A stretch of DNA of 20,000 nt. Source: an uncultured virus (IMG/VR IMGVR_UViG_3300005294_000013) (Duplodnaviria > Heunggongvirae > Uroviricota > Caudoviricetes). Both the position numbers and the translations under genes were made by a program. The DNA is taken from IMG/VR virus record IMGVR_UViG_3300005294_000013; one strand, 5' to 3'. Below the pieces are notes generated by a model that made no database searches, was not told where the DNA came from, and saw only the letters and a program-made list of their open reading frames with translations. Shown here piece by piece: positions 8,391-14,164 of this stretch; positions within the stretch are counted from its first letter, which is position 1, and each line of letters begins with the position of its first letter.

Positions 8391-8792
8391 TCACGCTAGC
8401 ACGTACTTCCGCCCCTCGTTGCGTGCCAGGGTGCCGTTCTTAATCAGCGCAGTCAGTGCGTTGGATACCGCCATCTCGCCTGACTTATCGCCCTTCACGC
8501 CGATTGTTTCGAGCAACTCTCCACGCGCGAGCCCCTCCAGTGGAACTTGACGCAGCGCATCGACAATGGCACTACGCCGACTGCCGGGGCGCCGTTGGTT
8601 TTGGTGTGGGCGGTGAGCCGCTGGTATCTTCCCAGCCTTAGCCGCCGCATAGGCGTCGATCGCCTGCATGTCGCGGTCGAGCTGCGTCAACTGCGTCTCG
8701 ATTTCAATCTTCCGCTCGAGCAGTGCATCGCGCTCGCCGTAGATGCGCGCCCGCTCCTGATCCATGTATTGGGCAAAATCGATCATATTCAT
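8391..8792 (-). CDS. Putative DNA-binding protein: N-terminal coiled coil, basic linker, C-terminal winged helix
   Basis: Heptad-like ERDALLERKIEIETQLTQLDRDMQAI; wHTH-like SRRSAIVDAL..GLARGELLETIG..AVSNALTALIKNGTLARNEGRKY; RBS GGAAGGAG. Confidence 0.75.
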   Translation of the reverse strand: MNMIDFAQYMDQERARIYGERDALLERKIEIETQLTQLDRDMQAIDAYAAAKAGKIPAAHRPHQNQRRPGSRRSAIVDALRQVPLEGLARGELLETIGVKGDKSGEMAVSNALTALIKNGTLARNEGRKYVLA

Positions 8793-8816
8793 AGCTCCTT
8801 CCTATAAGGGTACTAT

Positions 8817-8845
8817 GAATATACGCAGACCAAACTGTGTTTCAA
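8817..8845 (-). promoter_or_regulatory. Possible promoter TTGAAA-N16-TATATT for the wHTH gene
   Basis: Minus strand reads gTTGAAA cacagtttggtctgcg TATATT in the gap upstream of 8792. Confidence 0.45.
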
Positions 8846-9066
8846 CCAGGATGTGTGAGCGCCCGCGCCAGCGCACCAAACCCTTCCCAGATCGTGTAAT
8901 CCCCCCAGGCGCGGACCTCGCACTGGGTATCAGCGCTCGCCAACACAGCGACGATGAATCGTAGGTCGGGCTGCTCACCCCGCTCAATCTCGTCGGCCAG
9001 CTCGCGAAGCTGGCGGGGGATGTCTCGGTATGCTCCGGCGTCGAGGGGTACGATCTTTGCTGTCAT
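8842..9066 (-). CDS. Hypothetical protein (74 aa, MTAKIVPL...)
   Basis: ATGA overlap with the upstream stop at 9066-9063; GAGGTGG RBS-like sequence. Confidence 0.65.
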   Translation of the reverse strand: MTAKIVPLDAGAYRDIPRQLRELADEIERGEQPDLRFIVAVLASADTQCEVRAWGDYTIWEGFGALARALTHPG

Positions 9067-9287
9067 GAATGTGTCCACCTCATATTCAGCGGAGCTAGAT
9101 GACGGCGGCGTTGCGCCGTCGCGCGGCGGTTGCGCTGCGCTCGCATGTAGATCTGGTCGTCTTCTACCCAGAACACTAGGTCATGCACGAGACCGCAATC
9201 GCAGCAGGCGATCCGGTATGTCGGACCGACCGGGATGTCTCGGGTCCAGCCTTCCACCTCGATCTCCTGGGTATATTTAGCTTTCAT
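9063..9287 (-). CDS. Small putative Zn-binding protein (CCDCGLVH)
   Basis: Cys/His motif with a basic tail; translationally coupled to the next gene. Confidence 0.7.
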   Translation of the reverse strand: MKAKYTQEIEVEGWTRDIPVGPTYRIACCDCGLVHDLVFWVEDDQIYMRAQRNRRATAQRRRHLAPLNMRWTHS

Positions 9288-9353
9288 CGAGGGTCGATCA
9301 TAGCCGCGAGTTCAAGGTCGGTGAACCTCGTCGTAACGCTTATCCCAGCGCCG

Positions 9354-9527
9354 TCATGGCGGCTCCTGCGTGATGTTCAGGACGATCCTTGGCTGCCTAC
9401 CCGGCACTGGCGTCTCGCCGGGTTTGAGCAACCGAGCTAGCCAGTAGGGGATGGGGATCGAGTAGGTACGCTCGATCCGCCCAGGAGGATCGTCAGGGTC
9501 GCGGAACTGAATAAACGGAAACCACAT
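9354..9527 (-). CDS. Hypothetical protein (57 aa, MWFPFIQFRDPDDPPG...)
   Basis: Hand-translated; ATG 3 nt after the upstream stop; fills the operon gap. Confidence 0.45.
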   Translation of the reverse strand: MWFPFIQFRDPDDPPGRIERTYSIPIPYWLARLLKPGETPVPGRQPRIVLNITQEPP

Positions 9528-9530
9528 AGG

Positions 9531-9731
9531 CTAGGTCACCTTCAGGGGTTGCGGCATCATCTCGATAACGCATGCTCCGCAGTATTGATAGTTAACGGGT
9601 TCTTTGTTCGGGTGGGCTGTAAATTGCAGCAATATCCCGCCACGCTGTAACCCATGTGTGGGGCACTCTAGCCCTTCTTTTGAACTCCACGAGCCGAAAT
9701 CAAACGGCAAGTACGTAGATGGTGTTTGCAT
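9531..9731 (-). CDS. Small putative Zn-finger protein (CPTH...CGAC)
   Basis: CxxH and CxxC motifs; TAATG overlap with the upstream gene; GGAGGT RBS. Confidence 0.65.
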   Translation of the reverse strand: MQTPSTYLPFDFGSWSSKEGLECPTHGLQRGGILLQFTAHPNKEPVNYQYCGACVIEMMPQPLKVT

Positions 9732-10858
9732 TAGCCTACCTCCCCCTCGTCAAACTTATCGAGGTAGCCCGCAACGAGCCGAATAAACCACGCGCGACGT
9801 TGGAGCAGTACCTTTAGAGTGTTACGGTCTTTTTGACTGAGACTATTAAAGTCCTCGACGCTAGGTGCGGTATCGTTGCTGATAATCGGGGGGTTATATT
9901 CTTCCTCGCTACTGACAAACTGCACCGCTTTACCGACCCCGGCGAGGACTTTATGGAAGCGCTTCATCAGCCGTTGCTGCGCGATCTGGTCTAGGGTGTA
10001 GATCTGAATACGCCCACCGACCTTGTCGACGTGAGCATCGTCGTTGGTCCACCCCGGCGGGTACCCCTCGGCCTGCTGTTTCCCCCAGTCGACGGAGCCC
10101 ATGCCGCGTTCCTCGCGGGTCATTTCCCATCGGGGCGAGTGCGCTAGCCGGCGTGCCGCAATCTGCTCCAGCGTTAACCGGGGCGGCGGCGCCGGTTTAG
10201 CCGGCTTGGCGGTAAGCGGCGACGCTGGCAGTTCTCCAGCCTCCCTGAGCCGCGACTTGAGCCCCGACACAGTGCCGATGGAAACGCCGTGACGCAGTGC
10301 AACTTCCTGTTGTGCCATCGGGTTGTTTTTGAGATCGGCGACAATAGCGGCGCGGGTTTCAGCGCTGATTTTACCCGCAACTGGGTAGGACTTCCCATCG
10401 GTACCAACCACTTTCGCGGTTTCAGGTGCGGAAGGTTCCGCACCTGAACGAATAGCTGCTGCTACCGTCTTATCGTCGACGTGGGCTAGCTTGGCAATTT
10501 GCCGATTGCTCGCATTTGGATTCCGCCTTTTGTATTCGCGGATAATATCCTGCTGCTGAGCGCTGGTTAGGTGCCGGCGCCGCAAATTAGCGCCGATGAT
10601 ATATGCGAACACGTCCTGGTCGGGACGCAGCCGCTCGTAGCGCGGCTCGACATCGGCGATCTCACAGGCTTTCTCGCGGTTGCGCCCGTCGACCAACAAG
10701 GCGCCGTCAGATGTCAGCTTGATGGGCTGTTGCAGCCCGTTGGTTTCGATGTCGGTAGCCAGTTCAAACAGCTCGGTTGCCGACATCATGGGGAACAACT
10801 CCGCATCAGGGTGATGCGGTATCGGCTCGCGGGGGAAGAGTCGGGTAACAGTAGACAT
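9731..10858 (-). CDS. ParB/Srx N-terminal domain protein with two HTH motifs
   Basis: HP.AELFPMMS..EL..DI..NGLQQPI..LVDGRNR..AC..ANLRRRHLT; HTHs SNRQIAKLAHVDDKTVA and QQEVALRHGVSIGTVS. Confidence 0.85.
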   Translation of the reverse strand: MSTVTRLFPREPIPHHPDAELFPMMSATELFELATDIETNGLQQPIKLTSDGALLVDGRNREKACEIADVEPRYERLRPDQDVFAYIIGANLRRRHLTSAQQQDIIREYKRRNPNASNRQIAKLAHVDDKTVAAAIRSGAEPSAPETAKVVGTDGKSYPVAGKISAETRAAIVADLKNNPMAQQEVALRHGVSIGTVSGLKSRLREAGELPASPLTAKPAKPAPPPRLTLEQIAARRLAHSPRWEMTREERGMGSVDWGKQQAEGYPPGWTNDDAHVDKVGGRIQIYTLDQIAQQRLMKRFHKVLAGVGKAVQFVSSEEEYNPPIISNDTAPSVEDFNSLSQKDRNTLKVLLQRRAWFIRLVAGYLDKFDEGEVG

Positions 10859-10869
10859 GGGGGGACTCC

Positions 10870-10901
10870 AAGAAAGAAGGGGCGGGGGTTGCCCCCCGCC
10901 C
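10870..10901 (-). terminator. Intrinsic terminator-like hairpin between the two ParB-fold genes
   Basis: 9-bp stem gggcggggg/cccccgccc (10880-10901) followed on the minus strand by CTTCTTTCTT. Confidence 0.7.
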
Positions 10902-10907
10902 GGTTAG

Positions 10908-11921
10908 CTACTCGGCGGCCAGTTGCTCTGGCTCATCCGGGCGCTCGATCTGCGGGTACGGATCTTCGACCCCCAGATTGAGCTTCTTTCCTGGTACCGT
11001 CTTGCCCTCGCGCCACAGGTTGAACGTCAGCATCGCCAGCGCGAGGATCTTGGTGTCCCCCAGCTTCAGCTTGGCCTTGGCCGAGCCCAGCGGTGCCCCC
11101 TTGGCGGTTTCGTGCTCGTCGAGGCGCTTCTGGAGCACCGCGACGGGGTGGGTGGGGGGAAGGCTCTCTTCCGACAACATCGGAAAGAAGTCTTCCAGCA
11201 CACCCGAGCCATACGCCTCCTTGATCTTCCAGGCGAGGAACGTCGCGACGTTCCTGTCGTCGAGACGGCGTGCCGCCGCGGGGTAGACGTTGCGGACCAG
11301 ATGCGCCGCCTCGCCCAGCGTCGGATGCGCCTTGGCGTAGTCGAGGATGTCGATGTTGGTGATCGGCGACACCGGCATCCGGCCGTAGTAGTTAAGGTTC
11401 TTCTCTTCGTAGGGGATAGCCAGCTTCTTAATGATGTTGCTGAGCTGGTTGCTCAACCCGTTGACCCCGGCGCAGTGCAACGTGTCTTCGCCGGTACGGG
11501 ACACCCCATTGTCGATGTAGGCAAACAACTGGTCGTTATGCGGCACATCTGAAACAACGTAGCTCTCGAAAGAGCAGTTGGACAGATAGCATGCCATCAA
11601 GCGATGACCCGCATCTTCGAGGTCGCCCTGATCGGTGAGAATGATCGACTCGCCGGTCTTCATCCAGCGCTTGTTCGCCATCTGGATGGCGTAACGGAAC
11701 ACGTCAGGCCAGCGCAGCTTGCGATTGTGTTTGTTGCAGAGAAGCAACTGCTCGGCGAGCTGGGGGGTGATCGTGTGCCAGCCATTCGGCAGGTTAATCA
11801 CCGGGCGCGGCTGAACTGCCGCCCAGGTCCGAAACTGCTCAACTGCGTGCTGGAAGGCTTGTGGTCCCGCGGCGAGATCGACACGCACTTGGGGCTTCCA
11901 CGGGGTTGCCGTGTCACTCAT
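10908..11921 (-). CDS. Phage ParB-like (DGQHR-type) protein
   Basis: ITPQLAEQLL..N.HNRKL..V..YA..M....W..TGESI.....G.L.DAGHRL.A..ID.G..RT..D matches the phage ParB-like family pattern. Confidence 0.8.
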   Translation of the reverse strand: MSDTATPWKPQVRVDLAAGPQAFQHAVEQFRTWAAVQPRPVINLPNGWHTITPQLAEQLLLCNKHNRKLRWPDVFRYAIQMANKRWMKTGESIILTDQGDLEDAGHRLMACYLSNCSFESYVVSDVPHNDQLFAYIDNGVSRTGEDTLHCAGVNGLSNQLSNIIKKLAIPYEEKNLNYYGRMPVSPITNIDILDYAKAHPTLGEAAHLVRNVYPAAARRLDDRNVATFLAWKIKEAYGSGVLEDFFPMLSEESLPPTHPVAVLQKRLDEHETAKGAPLGSAKAKLKLGDTKILALAMLTFNLWREGKTVPGKKLNLGVEDPYPQIERPDEPEQLAAE

Positions 11922-11990
11922 GGTATAGTCCTTCTATATGCGAGGGATCAATCCGGGGCCGGGATGGCCCCTATTGCCGATCGCCTCATA

Positions 11991-12019
11991 GGTATAGGTT
12001 ACCCTTACGGGCCGTGCAA
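11991..12019 (-). promoter_or_regulatory. Leftward promoter TTGCAC-N17-TATACC with an overlapping imperfect palindrome (11992-12008)
   Basis: Minus strand reads cTTGCAC ggcccgtaagggtaacc TATACC, resembling the alphaproteobacterial CTTGAC-N17-CTATAT consensus. Confidence 0.55.
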
Positions 12020-12028
12020 GGAGTTTTT

Positions 12029-12241
12029 TTGATCGTGGGCTCTGACCGTGTCGATGAAGGACTGAAACGCGCGCTGGTGGCGATAGGCGGCTACGGCGCA
12101 CTAGCGCGGGCGCTTGGGATTACTAAGGGGGCAGTCTGGCAATGGCGGCAAGTGCCGCCTCGGCACGTCATAACGATCGAGCGGCTCACCGGTATTCCGC
12201 GCGAGGTGCTGCGGCCGGACCTGCATCCATCAAGGGAGTAG
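12029..12241 (+). CDS. Cro-like / YdaS-family HTH regulator
   Basis: AIGGYGALARALGITKGAVWQWRQVP...IERLTGIPREVLRPDL; AAGGAG at 12018-12023 suggests TTG 12029 (or GTG 12035) as the start. Confidence 0.88.
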   Translation: MIVGSDRVDEGLKRALVAIGGYGALARALGITKGAVWQWRQVPPRHVITIERLTGIPREVLRPDLHPSRE

Positions 12242-12246
12242 AGACG

Positions 12247-12474
12247 ATGCACTGGGCCTTGTTGTGGGCGTCGGCGCTGATCGGCGCTGGCGTGGGTATA
12301 TTCGTAGCCGTCGACACGTTCCTCGACGGCTCCCCCTCACGTAGCCGCGCCGTGTGCGACCGCTACGTGCAGACGCTGTTGCAGTCTACCGATCCGGTCG
12401 AGATCGCCCGCGCCGGCATCATCATCCGCGAAATGCCCTGTAGTCTGCGGCGGCGCCTACCCCCTACGAATTAG
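12247..12474 (+). CDS. Small membrane-anchored protein (75 aa, two Cys)
   Basis: GGGAG RBS; ATG 12247; N-terminal hydrophobic helix. Confidence 0.65.
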   Translation: MHWALLWASALIGAGVGIFVAVDTFLDGSPSRSRAVCDRYVQTLLQSTDPVEIARAGIIIREMPCSLRRRLPPTN

Positions 12475-12738
12475 CAGGTCTTTTACTGGGTTTTTAAAAA
12501 ATTATCACTGTAAGCGATTGATATTGGCTGCGTTGTGGCGGAACGGCACTCCACGGTACCTATGTCTCTCATAGTCTCAGGAAGTCCACAACTCCTTGAT
12601 CGGGCTGCATTACGCTCCTATAAGAGTCTCAGTTAGTCTCAGAACGTCTCAGATAATCCCACTTGAATTGTTGGGTTGGACGACGTATTTGACAGATGTG
12701 ACCGCGGAATCCTCCGCCACATAGAGGGCTGACGAGTT
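12475..12738. other. Putative attP region
   Basis: Non-coding region upstream of the integrase; IHF-consensus matches at 12511-12523 and 12589-12600; candidate core tggcGGA-acggcac-TCC (12536-12552); GTCTCA repeats at 10-bp spacing. Confidence 0.7.
12564..12652 (+). repeat. Two triplets of 10-bp-phased direct repeats (GTCTCAG), likely Xis-binding sites
   Basis: gtctct 12564, gtctca 12574, gtccac 12584; gtctca 12626, 12636, 12646. Confidence 0.8.
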
Positions 12739-14007
12739 ATGGCACGCAGGGCAACGCCGCTGACAGCGCGGCAGGTAGCAACGGCAAAACCAGGGGTCTA
12801 CGGCGATGGGAACGGACTGTTCCTGATCGTCCAGATGAGCGGCGCACGCGCCTGGGAAGTGCGTTACAAGGTCATCACCAGCCAGAAGCGCCGGTCGATG
12901 GGTATCGGCGGCGTCGACCACCCCTACTCTCTGGCAGAAGCGCGCGAGCAGGCGCGCGCGATCCAGAAGGCGGCGAAGCTCGGCATCGATCCACGGGTCG
13001 AGCGGGCGCAACAGCGGGGGGAGGCAGCCAAGGTAGACGAGACGACCTTTCGATCCTTTCGATTCTGCGCTGAAGGATATATCGCAAGCCATCGATCTGC
13101 TTGGAAGAGCGCTCAGCATGCTCAAGACTGGGAGAGGTCGCTGACCAACCACGCCTACCCTCTCCTGGGTGATAGGCCGGTGCAGGACATTACCGCGCTC
13201 GATGTGTTGGAGGTGTTGCAGCCGATCTGGTTGAAGATCCCCGAGACAGCCAGCCGGGTCCGCAACCGCATCGAGCTGGCGATCGACTGGGGCATCGCGA
13301 TGGGTCATCGCACCAACGAGGCGAACCCGGCGCGCTGGGCCGGTAAGCTGCGAATGCTGTTGCCGTCGCCGACCAAGGCCGCTGCGATGGAGCGTCTCAC
13401 CAGCGGTCGACGAGAGCATTTCGACGCGCTCCCCTGGCAGGAGCTGCCCGCCTTCGTCGCACGCCTGCGTGAGTACGAGTCCCTAACGGCGCGAGCGCTT
13501 GAGTTCACCATCCTCACCGTCGCTCGTACCAACATGACGCGGGCCGCGGAGTGGAACGAGGTCGATTTCGACGCGCGGGTGTGGACGGTCCCGGCGGTGC
13601 GGATGAAGATGGGTAAAGCCCACGAGGTACCCCTATCAGACCGGGCGGTAGAAATCCTAATCCAGCAAAAGGAATACGCCGATCGTACTCGCTCAAAGTT
13701 TATTTTCCCCGGCGTCGATCCACAACGGCCCATCCACGATAACACAATGTACACGTTTCTAAAACGATACATGGGGCGTGACGATATCACTGTGCATGGT
13801 TTCCGCTCTACCTTCCGGCAGTGGGTAGCGGATAAAGAACTGCCACCTGACGCAGCCGAGATGGCGCTGGCTCATACCCTCGGCAAGGTGTTAGGGGCAT
13901 ACCAACGCAGTAAGCTGTTGGACCGGCGACGCCACCTGATGGATGCGTGGGCTAGGTTTATCTCCGGCGAAGACACGACAGTTATTGCGTTCCCAGTTCG
14001 AGCTTAG
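12739..14007 (+). CDS. int: P4-type tyrosine integrase with an arm-binding N-terminal domain
   Basis: YGDGNGLFLIV..GARAW..MGIG..SLAEARE N-terminus; catalytic R (VAR), K (RMK), HGFR, LAH and Y (GAY). Confidence 0.96.
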   Translation: MARRATPLTARQVATAKPGVYGDGNGLFLIVQMSGARAWEVRYKVITSQKRRSMGIGGVDHPYSLAEAREQARAIQKAAKLGIDPRVERAQQRGEAAKVDETTFRSFRFCAEGYIASHRSAWKSAQHAQDWERSLTNHAYPLLGDRPVQDITALDVLEVLQPIWLKIPETASRVRNRIELAIDWGIAMGHRTNEANPARWAGKLRMLLPSPTKAAAMERLTSGRREHFDALPWQELPAFVARLREYESLTARALEFTILTVARTNMTRAAEWNEVDFDARVWTVPAVRMKMGKAHEVPLSDRAVEILIQQKEYADRTRSKFIFPGVDPQRPIHDNTMYTFLKRYMGRDDITVHGFRSTFRQWVADKELPPDAAEMALAHTLGKVLGAYQRSKLLDRRRHLMDAWARFISGEDTTVIAFPVRA

Positions 14008-14164
14008 CTAGGAACTCGCTGGGTGGGGTAATAATGATACGTACCCTGCCCAGCTTTACCGTTTTAATTTTCTTGTCTTTGATCAGCCGCCACGTCCCAG
14101 CCCGCGAGATACCTACTTTTGGATACCACTCGCTGACCCGCCATCCTTGCTTTTCGTCATTCAT
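13982..14164 (-). CDS. xis: Excisionase / AlpA-like winged HTH (60 aa)
   Basis: WRVSEWYPKVGISRAGTWRLIKDKKIKTVKLGRVRII; start overlaps the helicase stop; adjacent to int. Confidence 0.82.
   Translation of the reverse strand: MNDEKQGWRVSEWYPKVGISRAGTWRLIKDKKIKTVKLGRVRIIITPPSEFLAKLELGTQ

Noticed and set aside
9731..11921. ParABS partition system or Dnd phosphorothioation locus
   Set aside because: No ParA, no recognisable parS array and no dndACDE genes in the window.
11861..12028. N-terminal extension of the Cro ORF
   Set aside because: Overlaps the divergent gene and promoter; the RBS points to 12029 or 12035.
12500..12560. tRNA gene or large tRNA fragment at attP
   Set aside because: Only TCCGCCA matches; no T-loop or cloverleaf.
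12564..12652. Short direct repeats as a CRISPR array or replication iterons
   Set aside because: Units are 6-7 bp at a 10-bp period with no spacers or cas genes; location beside int fits Xis-binding sites better.
12649..13790. Minus-strand ORFs opposite the integrase
   Set aside because: Shadow ORFs with no independent support.
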